Source: Bilabrum cf. latius (taxonomy: Eukaryota). Taken from it: DNA of 64,000 bases. The DNA lies in contig OZ237736.1 of NCBI GenBank assembly GCA_965178125.1, positions 248,001 to 312,000 of the forward strand, given 5' to 3'. The number at the start of each line of letters is the position of its first letter. The first letter of the stretch is position 1. This document shows, piece by piece, positions 1-11,678 of the stretch. The position numbers and the translations under genes are program-made. Below the pieces are notes generated by a model. That model had not been told where the DNA came from. It did not search any database and was given only the letters and a program-made list of their open reading frames with translations.

Positions 1-1989
1 CTCGAGGCCATTGCGAGAGAGCGCTCAGATTTGGGACACTCTCATGTACTGCAACCGTCACCAGGATCTAGAGGTACTCCTTGGGGACAGTGTGGCTATG
101 CAGATGACTATGTAGCGGCAGCAACGACATGGACGGAGGCCTGTCAGGTGGTCGCGGTCGTCACTGAGCTGTTCGAACTGGCCGGACTTGAGCTTGGGTT
201 TCGACCAGTGAGTCAATCAGGGCTCGCGAAGAAGGCTGCCATGATGCCGTTTGGACTTGCAGCCGACTCCTTTCCCCGTGGGTGGGACGACGATATCGCG
301 TGTACAGCCACGGAAGTGAACCCATCATGGGTAGAACAGACATGGACCGTTCCCCGCGCGAAGTCGTATGTGTATCTAGGGTTGCTGATATCGACGACTA
401 GAATCCATGCCACAGCAGCAGAGCTTGGCCCCGGCTACGAAGAGAGGGACGTGATAGCCATTGACATGGTCCCCCACGTTCGGCGGAGGGTGGCAATGGT
501 GATGCAACAAGCATCCATCATAACCCGCGCTGCAGTTGACTGTGATTGGTCGGTTAGTCTATACTCCCAGATTCTCTATTCTGGAGCGCTCACAAGCGCG
601 CTCTAAGGCATTGGTGTTGCTGGATGCGCCACTGGCTGGGAACACTTCCGAGGTCTGGAACAGCGGATCTCTGTGAACTACGGCGTGATCATGAATGCAG
701 CTGTGATGAGTGTAGTGGACCGTTTCCTGGCACGCATGAGGTGGATGCTGGCCACTGGAATGGCTGACCGTATGCCATTTGCCGTCGAAGGACGTCGCTT
801 GCCGAAAGTGGCGTTGGATTCTGAGGTATGGCTTGCGAGTGCTGCTGAAAGGACCGCACGGGACCTCTTTGAGCTCATGCGAGCCCCAGATAGGAGGGGT
901 CTACCAGTGGTATCTCACTACATCCGGACTGCATACATGTGCCAGTAGATGTCGCAGCAGGGACCTCTTAGTGCTGCGGCGTCTCTCAGGCTTCACCTTC
1001 ATGGCAATGGAGTATCTGTTGACAACGGAGTGACTTGGCTGGGGGAGAAGGAGCTGAATCGGGCGGTGCGCCGTTGGCACTCGTCGAAGTCTGCTTCTAG
1101 CATCAGGTCTTTCAGGAACTTGAGCCCTGGATGCCACTCCGGTTAAGTCCTGGCGAGCGCAATCAGGCAGCAGAATGCAGAACAGACAGTATCACTGGAC
1201 CAGTACCATGGTCAGGTTGACGGGGTGTTCGGCCCTGGTTCACTGCCTACCACTGCAGCACTGCAACCGCGTGGCTCCGACGGGTGATTGATCCTTCGTG
1301 TCCGTGCAGGTATTTACCCTCGTTCCTGTTCCCCTACTCCAGAACTGACTGACAAGGTGGCTGTGGAGATGACTCGCCGAGAGTCATCGCTGCAGTCACG
1401 TGGTCTTCAGGCAGAGTGGGTCTCCGGTGACTGGACCAGTCGAACTTCAGAGGAGAAGGGCAAGATAAGGAAGGCATGGGCGGACCATGGCCTACGTCTT
1501 GAACCTCACCCACAACCTCTGGAGCAGGACAGGCGTGGAGTCGCCGCTGCTGAGCGAACCATTCCCACGATGCGCCGAGCAATTGCCCGCTCTAGCGCCT
1601 CTGTTGGATCGGTACGGCTTGCGACACGGGTGGTTGATGAGCTGAGTGTAAAGATCAGAACGTTTCCGTCCTGGACTGCCTGCAGGTGGTGGACTGGGGC
1701 CTCGGTGCGAGGCTGGACTGCGAGCTCATCGGATGATCTGTATGCTGCAATGCGAGCTTAGGATCGAAGGGGACATCGGGTGGCTCGCCCTTGAGGGCTC
1801 ATGCACACTCTTGAGAGGATCTGGGCGCGTGAGATGGCGACTTCGCTTCGTTGTGTCTTGCGTGAAAGGGAGTACCTGCGTCGCACATGGACGTCCCGCT
1901 GGTGGCGGATGGCATGTGTTGACGGTCCGGCTGTCCTTACGAGGATGGCTCGGGCTCACTCTCCTTCCCTCTGGTCCTTTGGTGGATGA
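1..1989 (+). pseudogene. Decayed non-LTR retrotransposon (LINE) ORF2 fragment: C-terminal RT and thumb region, 5' part outside the window
   Basis: RT motif CGYADDYV and a downstream YVYLGLLI motif. One frame runs 31-1989 but is interrupted by TAA (604, 1144) and TGA (1285, 1792) as well as TAG. A T-rich tract follows at ~2070-2105. Confidence 0.65.
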
Positions 1990-2315
1990 GTGGCTGAGTC
2001 TCAGGGTGATCGTCTCGGTATGTGTAGCACCATGATGTTTCGGAAATCCTCTTCGGGACGAGGGGTGCTTCTTTCTTTCTTTCTTTATTTCTGTTTCTTT
2101 CTCTTGAGGCTTTGGCCTTTGCTTTAGGGGGGGGCTGCGGGTCTTTTGATCGCGTTGTTCTCTGAGGTCATCTTTGATGGCCCCACCTTGGGGGTGTGAC
2201 AGCCATTCGTGAAAAGTCGTATCGTTACATTCAATCATCATCGTCACCTTCGAGATCTCGCATCGGACCCTCGCCCAACACTTAATCTCTGTGGCACTCA
2301 TCGAGACTCCCGAGT

Positions 2316-2590
2316 TCACTCAGGATGATCCAGAAGCACCTATACCCCGCCGTGGTGGGGTTGTGCTGCAGCTGGAGCTCCTGGATCCTCGGGCTCGATC
2401 TCTTGAGGAGGTGCTTCGCCAGGGTCAGCAGCTGCGACTGCTCCTCCCCGGATTCCGCCCTGCAGGTTGAGTGCGACCGGCAATTCTTCCTGCTGCTGGT
2501 CGGCTTCAGCTTCGGTCTGTTCAACGACTGCTGCGAGTGCTGCGGCCTCTGCCGCCTCACCTGCCGCTGCCACTGCTGCTGCTTCCTGTT
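2316..2590 (-). mobile_element. 3'-terminal fragment of an REL-type LINE ORF (Ala/Glu/Gln-rich C-tail)
   Basis: Translation ...PGAPAAAQPHHGGV*VLLDHPE(TGA) resembles the C-tail of the element at 22696 (...GPQAAQLPHGGAAQLAEPMA). Neighbouring 2208-2285 is similar to 3388-3403 and 3572-3628. Confidence 0.4.
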
Positions 2591-3569
2591 TTGTGTGGTT
2601 TCTTTACCCTACAAATCATTCTGGTATTCTGGTCACACGTACAGTTGCCAGCTAAGCCCAGCTTGCATGTTCCCCAACACTGGCGGAATGACAGCCCCAT
2701 GAGCTCAGTTGGTAAAAGGTATCAGTTTAGCCGAGTCATGGGCACCATCTGCCGTGCAGGTGTCGCGATGACCATTGAGTGCCAGACTCCACCAGCCCAC
2801 TGCACCCATATCCCCATCTGCGTCTCTATCGGGCCATGAAGATGGAGGGCGTCCCGAGCTTACAGCCCCTTCCCGGTTCTGCTGGTCTGGTCCGCCTCCT
2901 AGAGGCCTGCCCCAGGCAGCGGCCTCCCTCCCTTCCTCTCCTGAAGGCCTGCCCCAGGCAGTGCCCTCCGTACTATATGTTTGAGAGAGAGAAAATAGAC
3001 ATTTCGCACGCAATTCAATACCAGAGACAATCCGAGGACTGCCACTGTAGTAACGCGCACCTTAACAGGGGACCCCACTGTACCCGCGTTGGCGCAGCCA
3101 GTCAGGACCTGATAAGGCTTCTAAAGAAGTAGTTGGTCTGTTTCAGACCGATACATGCCTAGGACCCGTGTCCCAAGCGCATCGCGTTACGATCTGCTGG
3201 GGGTCAGATCCAGTCGAACGTACGCAACGAAGGACCATGCGCAAGGAAGGCCTGGCGAGGCGTGAGGCATCCAGCCTCTCGCCACCAGACCGCCACGTGA
3301 TGGGTCACTGATGGCTCGACCTCCACCGCACCGGAGGCCTCACATGTTCTCCAACACTGGCTGAACGAAAATTCCATCTCTGATTTATGAAAAGTCGTAT
3401 CGCAAATCAACGGCACGAGCCGAAACGGCCTTTGCCTCGCTGCCCCGCCTCCCTCCCGAAGGAAGGGACTTCGGAATGTCTCGGTTGCAACCTCGTCGGT
3501 TGCCCGGAGGCTGCCAGTGTGTTCGAGTCTCGTCGCAACATCAACAACGAACCCCATCTGGCGTTAACA

Positions 3570-4033
3570 ATAATTCAATCATCATCATCACCTTCGACAC
3601 CTTGCACCGGACCCTCGTCCAACGCTTCATTCCCGTTCCACCAACTACCGTGCGCGGATAGCACTGGGGAGCTCCTCGAGTGGCAGGGTATGGAGGCCCA
3701 GGATGGGGTACTGCAGGTCCCAAAGATAGAGTGCGACACGTGTAGGGTTATTCCTTGCCTGCGCGGATTCGCGGGCAACCTCGCCAACGCCATCTTCGAC
3801 CCATTCTCCCCCGGTGTGTGCCAGCGTTCACGTTCCCTCCGGCGCCCGCTGCCGCCAGCCCGTCCTGCTGCCCGTTCTAGACCAACCCTGCTTTGACGTG
3901 TGTGACCGCCATGACGAGGTTGTTGCTTTCGGCTGCCCCTACAGCCAGGCTGGCAAAGTCATCCCGAACCGCCCTTGCGAGCGCCCGTTTGGCCTTCGCT
4001 GCAGCCCTCCTCGATCCCTTCGAGACAAATCAT
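3570..4033 (-). mobile_element. LINE 3'-end fragment, copy A
   Basis: 3822-4030 is a diverged direct duplicate of 4209-4418. It encodes FVSKGSRRAAAKAKRALARAVRDDFASLAVGAAE..., similar in character to the post-endonuclease tail of REL LINEs. Confidence 0.5.
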
Positions 4034-4067
4034 GTAGATCTAGGTCTGGGGGGGATCTGATATTTTG

Positions 4068-4440
4068 TGGACTCAACTCAAAAGCGCACGCTATCACGAA
4101 GAAACATCTGGAACGAGGGCCCGGGACCTACCAGACTTCACGCTTCAGCTGCAATGGCCTAAACCACCTAAGCTCCACCCTGGGGACCCATTTCCCCCTG
4201 GGGAGCGTCAGCGTTCACGTTCCCTCCGGCGCCCGCTGCCGGCACCCCGTCCTGCTGCCCGTTCTGAGCCAACCCTGCCTTGACGTTGGCGATCGCCACG
4301 GCGAGGTTGTTGTTTTCGGCTGCCCCTACAGCCAGGCTGGCGAAGTCCTCCCGGACCGCCCTTGCGAGCGCCCGTTTGGCCTTCGCTGCAGCCCTCCTCG
4401 ATCCCTTCGAGACAAAATCGAGGATCCTTGAGTCTAGGTC
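4068..4440 (-). mobile_element. LINE 3'-end fragment, copy B (ORF tail ending at TGA 4138, plus 3' UTR)
   Basis: Duplicate of 3822-4030. Its 4070-4212 part recurs at 57219-57361. Confidence 0.55.
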
Positions 4441-4534
4441 TGCAGACGGGACGGTTGCGTGCTGATACAACAAACAAATACGATATTCGAGGATAGCGCG
4501 CCATCCAGCGTACCGAACAGAGCGAGTCGTCGAA

Positions 4535-6994
4535 ATGCTACTTTTATCGATTATTACTGCTTTTGGAGTCGCAACGGCTGCTGCTCCCCCGCGGTCAATG
4601 GACCCACTGGTTTCCGACATCTCCACGCCAGCTACAGCATCAAGGCAGCCAGCATCGTCGCGATTCCCTGAAGCTTCCAACATAACTGGAGATGTTATCG
4701 TACTATCAAATGGTTTGGTAGAGCGCGTCTTTTCGATGCAGCCGGCATTCACGACTGTCGGACTGGACACGGGACCCAATCAGGATTGTTTTTGGGGAGA
4801 GAAGGTCTTGCGTGCTGTTGGCGCAGAATCCGTCGTTTCGCTCGATGGCCACGAGTACGCAGTCGGGGGGATGTAGTAGCAAAGCAGGGGCGTGCACAGC
4901 ATGGCTTGGATCAACCACAGTGAGCCGTACTCGGCGATCGAAGGCGCTTTCTCGCTCGTTTCCAGCAAAGTCGGCACTCCAGTGGCCCCGTTCCCTTGGC
5001 AGCCGGGCAGCCGCCACGCCCCCACGAACGTTTCATGGCCACCAAAGGGAGTTCGCCTTGTTCTGACGTTCGAGGCCCCGGGCTAGGTGGCGCTGCCCGC
5101 CCACGCTCACCTCCTGATCGATCTGGTTTTCGAGCTCTACCAGGGCTTCCCCGCCATGACCAAGCAGCTGCTTGCTCGCTTCGACCCGGGCAACCCGCCC
5201 CCCGCGGGGGCCTCCGTGGAGGTGTCCGCGGTATCGGTTGAGCTGCTGAATACACGGGTGGATTGGTCCCCCATGGACTTCAACCCCCAGGCGGGGGCAT
5301 CCTGGCAGGCCTCCGGGCTTTGGTCCCCCCCTGGGCTGTGGCCCGAGGGCAGGCCCATGGTGGGCGACTACTGGAACTCCAAGCTGCTGGTGCAGGCAGA
5401 CATCCCCCACAGCTCCTTGATTTAGTGGCAGTACGGCCCACAGACCACTGACAGCATCAACACTGGGACTCCGGGCATCCAGCAGCCGGTGCTGAACGCC
5501 ACCTACCTGCTGGGCCCGGGCGTGTCTGTGACGAAGACTGCGCCCCCCCCACCCGTCTCTCAGGAAGAAGCAGAGTCCAGGGAACAAACTGATCGGTACG
5601 GAGCGTCGCCGAACGTTCCCCGAGGAACCTTCGCGTCGTACCGCCCCCAGCTGCTGTTCGTCGGTCCGGCTGACCGGGAGCGCTTCGGCCTGCTGCGGCG
5701 GAAGCTGACGAGGCTGCTGGCCCCCGCAGCCATGGAGAATCCGCTGTATTTGAGCGTGACTGACACCTCACAGGCGGGGATTGCGCTGGCGGCGCAGCAG
5801 GCCGCCGACATTGGTTTCGACATGCTGGTATACTCGTTCGGGTCGGGCTTTAACATGGAGGACACGAGCCCCAGCTACATGGCGGAGATCGCCAACGCCA
5901 CCAAGTACGCCAGGTCACTTGGTCTGGAGGTGGGCGGGTACGACCTCATCGTGGAGGACAGAGGGCACGGGGGATACGGTGGGAACGTGGGCGACCAGTG
6001 GGATGTCGTGGATGCGGGCACGGGGGCGCTGGGCGCGGATGCGTGCTTCGCCAGCGGCTGGTACGACAAACTGGTGGGCATTTTCGACACGTTTTTGAAC
6101 GCCACGGGGATCACCAGCGTCATCACCGACGGGCCGTACGGCGGCTCCCACATGTCTTGTTCCTCGACCAACCACAGCCACCACAACGGGCTCGCCGACA
6201 GCGTGTACATGCAGACCCAGCACCAGGTGCAGTTCTTCAAGTGGCTGCTCTCCAAGGGCGTGTACATCCTGCAGCCGGACTACTACTTCTTCAGCGGGGC
6301 GCAGAAATCCGCCGTGGGATACAACGAGCAGCAGTACTCGCTGGGCCGCTGGATGGACCTTCACACCACGCGACTCGGCCTCTACTGGGACCTCGAGCAT
6401 TTCATCCCCTCCCAGGGCTGGGCCTTTGTGCCCTTGGTGCAGTACCACGCGGGAGGTGCCGCGGCTGCGTTCGAGCCACTTTCGGAGCATCTTCCCGAGT
6501 ACAGCTTTGCTCTGGGGCAGTACCTCTCCCTGGGCATAGGAGGGAACTGGAGAGGTGCGCGGCTGTACGACACTCCAGAGGTGCGGGAGGTGGCGAGAAA
6601 CTGGGTGCAGACGTACCGCAACTACAGCGACATTTTGCAGGCTGACGTGGTGCGCGTGCAGTACCCCACATTTGAGGGACTCGACTGCCAGATGCACGTG
6701 GACCCGTTCTTGCGGAACGGGCGCCGCGCTATCGCGGCTGTGTTCAACCCCACCGCTGCGGAACTCACCGAGACGATCAAGCTCCCCACCTACTACACCG
6801 GGCTGCAGTCCAGCGCGGTAGTCGCCGTGGGCGTGGGCGAGCGCCACGGCAAGCCCCAAGAGATGAGCATCCTCGATGGGGAGCTCAGCGTGCCCGTGAC
6901 CGTCGGCGGGCAGAACCTCACGTGGATCCAGCTGGCAGAGCCTGGGTCAGAGGAGGCCCGGGCCATGTTCTTGCGGTGGAGCCAGGGCGTTTGA
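4535..6994 (+). CDS. Secreted glycoside hydrolase, alpha-galactosidase-like (clan GH-D-like), 819 aa with TAG read as sense
   Basis: Signal peptide MLLLSIITAFGVATAAA. ORFs 4535-4876, 4892-5086, 5087-5425 and 5489-6994 share one frame and are separated only by TAG (4874, 4877, 5084, 5423). Motifs LSNGLVER, YSFGSGFNME, EVGGYDLI, TDGPYGG. Ends at TGA. Confidence 0.8.
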
Positions 6995-7433
6995 ACTTGT
7001 TCTGTGTGGTGAGTACGATCGAAGAAGAGTGGTGGCGGCGCTCTTTGCTTGTTTACGTTATGTGTGGTGGTGGCGCAGTGGATCCGCACCGCTGGCTGAT
7101 TCCGGCTTTTTGCTTGTTTGCGTGCGCCTGCATTTGGCGATGCTTGAGAACGAAAGATATTGCATTATTTGTACCGGAGGGTGTATTGATAACCACCACC
7201 CCTCATAGTATCCCGTTCATGCTCGTCCTGCTGATTTCGCTCCAAGCGATGGCAATGACAGACTGCACGATGGCCATGTGAGCCACCTGCATGCTTCGAG
7301 CAGGTGCCTTGCTCGCTCGCTCGAACAGGCCCAATGACCCGCACATCACGTATGAAGCTAGCATGGACACCATTCCAACGAGTGCGCTTCTCAGGTGAAC
7401 CTGCTACCATTCTTCCGTGTCGTGTTTGACGGC

Positions 7434-9150
7434 CTAGCTGTTTGCTCTGGCGTGGGCTTCGTGCAGCCGCTGCCTCTCGCCCAGGTCCGCTAACATCGAT
7501 CTGCGGACCAGATTCGCGTGGGCCCGCGAGCGAATCCAGGCTAGATGGACGCTTTTAGCCTTATACATTGTCCACATGAAGACCCAGTTTACGAGCACTG
7601 GAGCTGTCGCGTACAGGAATCCATCTCCGGCTCTTGACAACCCGTCAGCACCGATTTGACCTACCGGAAGCAAAACTTGCATTATTTGTCGTAGCAGAGA
7701 GTTATCAGGCTACCACTTTAGTTTAGATTCGAGTTTCCCCACCGCCATCGTTTCCTTAAAGTTCGGGTACAGTCTCCCGCCCGCTTCCAGGATCGCGAAG
7801 GCACTCGCCGTTCTTGCAACTGCCCACGCCGATGAATTCAGCGTAGAGGTGGCAAATGCTAGCGCTGAGTATGAGGATGATCGTCTTTGGTGCACTCTTT
7901 GGAATTCAATGCTTCCACGCGTGACACCCGAGCCAAGTAACTGAGATAGGACCTAGTAGCCCCCTGCAGCACCAAGGGCAAGGACCAGCTCCATTTTTAA
8001 GCCTGGCGTTAGAAATCGTTTGATGTATGTCGGAAATGTCGATGAATCGAGCGACATTCTCGCGCTGTTAGGAATTTGCAACCGTTCTCAATCATAGTTT
8101 TTCGAAACCGGAAGCCGACTCGGAGCTGCCGAGGTCCCCCCGAAAAATTGCCCACACGGTCGCATCAGGCAAGCAGGGCGCTTCCTATGAGGCCCATCAA
8201 CGTCTCGGCATGGGTCGCCCACACCTGCGTTCCGAACAGGATGGAGGAGGCCCACGTGCTCACTCCCTGCGACAGCTGGTACTTGGCTGACCGGAGCACG
8301 ACGCGGCCCGCCCACAGCAAGTGCTCCGTTCGGAGCTCTCCGACCCGCCGTTCCATGTCGCTCTCCTTCTTGGCCTTGCGCACGGGGTCTCGCTCTGCGT
8401 CTAGGATGTGCTTCTTCTGCTTGTTGATCCTCGCAGACTCCGTCAAGTACTCGGCCGCGATCTCTACCCAGTCGATCCCGATTCCAACCACGGACGGAAC
8501 CGCTCCGAGGTACAGGGCTCGGACAGCGTCCTGGTTGGCGGCGACGACCCTACCCGTCACCTGCCCGCGCCTCTTGATCATGTCGGACCTCTATCTTGGC
8601 AGCAGCACGGTGGCTGCGATCGTCAAACACGGTCTCAATAGAGCAAGCAAACAGTGGCCGTGGCTCACGCGGTACTATCAAACAGGAAAATGCGTCAGAC
8701 TCACGATTGAATAGACGCTTGGATAACGGCTTGTTGTAGTCGTGCAATCCTACCCAAATGGCATTGCAGAGTCCCGCGTGCATTGCGGACCTAAACAGAG
8801 GGTATGCAAGCCTGTGACCAAGCTTCTTTACAACATCAGAGCCGTCTTGCGCCCGTAAGGACTCGGGGTTCTAGAGAGCGTCCGTGTAGAACAATGCAGC
8901 CTCTTGAATCAGCGTCAACGCCAGCGATGTTCCTACGTACGACGCCACCTGAATAGCATCTCCGGGGTGCGTTTCACCTCCAGCAGGAACAAATTGCGAT
9001 TTAGACATTATTTTCCTGCTTTCGGTCGCAATTTGACCGGGAAGCAAACGAAGCGAATAGGCGGTTGCAACCATAGTTTGAAGATGATTGCAAAACAGTA
9101 CAGGTAGCGTGGAGACTTCGCGACATCAATGGAGCCAAAGTATTGAATTT
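7434..9150 (-). pseudogene. Degenerate LINE-like reverse transcriptase remnant
   Basis: Fragments in several frames with RT-like motifs: GHRLAYPLFRSAM (QG..LSP.LF-like), RALYLG, SILFGTQVW (thumb LYG..VW-like). Frameshifts and TGA stops present; boundaries approximate. Confidence 0.4.
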
Positions 9151-9354
9151 ACAAGCAAAGTGTGAGCCAGGCTCAATCCACGCAATCGCTAAGCCGGCAC
9201 AGGCCCAAGGCAGCAGAGACCACCGGCAGTCCGTAGGCAATCAAACCAACGGACACGCGCGGCGATCTCTCCTAAGCGATGATTCATATCACGCCCCTCG
9301 GAAACCACCTTCAGCTGAGCACGCGCGCGGAACCCAAAAGGAAGGTTCGCTCTC

Positions 9355-11239
9355 TCACGCGCTGGCCAGGGCCTTCACCATCTTGGGGAAGTCGGGGACG
9401 CCCCACCCAGTCACGGGGTCCCATCCCTTGGCGGCGGTGAAGCCCTGCGTGTTGCAGCCGGGGTTGTTCCCCGCAGTGATGTCCGTCAGGAAGTCGCCCT
9501 TGGCGCTGTACAGGGTGGGGTTGAGCCAGCCGAGGGAGCCCTTGCCGGCCTGGAAGCGGAGATCGTTGATCAGCGCGATCACTCCAGTGGCGATGGGGGA
9601 TGCACATGAGGTGCCTGACACGGGGAACTGGTTCCCATCGGCCACGATGATAACGTCCTCGGCGTACGCGGCGATGTCGGGGAACCCCGCGCCCGTGGCG
9701 TTGTAGTGTGACGAGTCCGGGATCGGCACCCCGCTGGCGAGGTACGCCTTGACCGCGTCGTCCTGGTACGAGGGCCTGGGCCAGTAGTCCGAGAACCCGC
9801 CGCTGCTCAGCCCGGCAGCCCGCACGTTGGAGGGATCCGTGCCGCCCACGGCGGTGACGTACGGCAGAGCGGCAGGGAACGTGGGGATGAACTTTCCCCC
9901 AGGGCACTGGGAGGGCTGGCCCCCCGCCACTCCGCCATCACCGGAGGAGAACATGATGGAGATGCCCCTGGCGCCCTGCTTCATGAACTCGTCCGAGACC
10001 CGCTTGCCGTAGCCGTAGTCCACCCCGGGCTCGTTGTCTCCGTAGCTGACGGAGATCGCCTTGGCCACGCGCTCGTCGGACTGACCCGCGACGTTGGTGA
10101 GCCACACGAGGAATGGCTCGTTCTCGGGGTTGTGCGGCTGCTGGCCAGCAGTAGACCAGGCGTCCGTGGGGACCTGGCTGCCGATGCCGGTGACGTACTG
10201 GATGTCCAAAGAGGCCTCGATGCCGGTCTGGGATGGTGGGGTAAATGGGCGTGTGACGAGTGGAGCGGGGTAGACTAGCAATCGAGGCGGCATGGAATTG
10301 GGTACACCAGTGCACCAATCTATGCACCGACCGCGCTGCAATACAATGCAATGTATCTATGCCAACGCAGCCACTCGACGGGCGCTCGAATTCACGCAGA
10401 ACGCGACAAGCCAATCGGATCGCTCGATCAAGCAGGCACCAATCGTCGAAACACAACGACACTCTCACCTGTCCGTCGTTGGGACCGAGCACGGTCGGGT
10501 TGTTCCCTGCGCTGTCGGGGGACAGCTCCTTCCAGAACGTCTCCAGGTCCTGCTGCTTCCAGAACTGGCCCAGGAAGGAGGCGATGGCCACGCGGTTCTT
10601 GGAGCTCTTGCCCTTGGCTCCCGGGCCGCTGATCCCGTAGGCGGAGCGGACCTCCGACGGGGTAATGCCTCCGTTGATGGGAGTAGAGCGGAGGAGGGGG
10701 CCCCTGTGAGTTGCGGGGAAGCGAGAGGTGGGCTCGATTACGGGCACGTGCTCGGCCACCGCGTCTGGGATGCTGAAGCCAGACGAGCCCACTCGAAGGA
10801 TCTCGTGGCCGTGCTCATCCGCGTACTTCTCGTACTTGCAGCCCAGCAGCTGCTCCGCTTGGTCTACCGTTAGGCTCATACGGATGAACCCTTCCCGGAG
10901 AAGCTCTGCATCAGAGGTGACGGCGTGCGTTAGGTTCGCCGATTGAATCCAGGAATCAACCGCAACGACAGCTTCAGCCGAGGGAGCCGTGAGCTCGCGG
11001 ATCTCCTGCTGCGTCATGTGCTGCAGGTAGCGAGGGCTTCCAGGCGTTGATACCGCGTACAAGTTCTCCTCGAGCTTGTCGGTGTTCTGGAGGGCCAGGC
11101 CTAAAACCATGTCGATTTTCCTGTCGCCCTCGGCACGTCCCGTGGCGAGCCATCCACGCTGGGCCTCGGAGCTGGGGCCCTGCCTAAAGGTGGCAGCCAT
11201 AGCTGATGTAGCAGCAAGCATTGCCATGAGTCCCAACAT
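9355..11239 (-). CDS. TPP1: Sedolisin / tripeptidyl-peptidase I-like serine protease (S53), 547 aa; exons 11239-10469 and 10227-9355
   Basis: Signal peptide and pro-kumamolisin-type prodomain (VSTPGSPRYLQHMT). Catalytic motifs GIEASLDIQY, SSGDGG, GTSCASP and C-terminal GWDPVTGWG. A phase-0 intron joins the two ORFs. No TAG codons; ends at TGA. Confidence 0.92.
10228..10468 (-). other. Spliceosomal intron (241 bp) in the S53 gene
   Basis: Donor CAG|GTGAGA and acceptor TCCCAG|ACC. Removal fuses GPNDGQ to TGIEASLD in frame. Confidence 0.85.
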
Positions 11240-11678
11240 CTTGTGCTGGACTGATATAGAATGATTTTGCAGGGCCGAAGGATCGCCGCGTAAAATAGCG
11301 GAACATCATCGAGTCGCCGCGCAAAATTGGTAGGTTACAACCGGCAACAACTAGATCTAGCTAGAGATCCGCCTTGGCTCCGTCACGCCTCCGTGCTTCT
11401 TGCCGCGAGGGAAAACGCTATTATTTCTTCCTTGGAACGGTAGTCATGCTGGAGAGCGCTGCAAGAGATGGGGATCTGGACAAAACTCCGGAGCGAGGTG
11501 GTGGACGGGGACGGCGAGACAGAGTGGTGGGTGCGCTGGTGGGTCCGCTGGAGGCAGCCAGGCTGGGCGATGATGAGGACTGCATAGAGCTGCTGTTTAA
11601 AATGGCTTCGAGGCAATGCATGTGAGCAGCACAGTCTTGTATGTATGACAGATTCTGTTCCGAACCATTCGCCGTGAA

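Noticed and set aside
11374-11625. Short ORF between the S53 and PCS genes
   Set aside because: No recognisable motif, and this length is expected by chance at this GC content.
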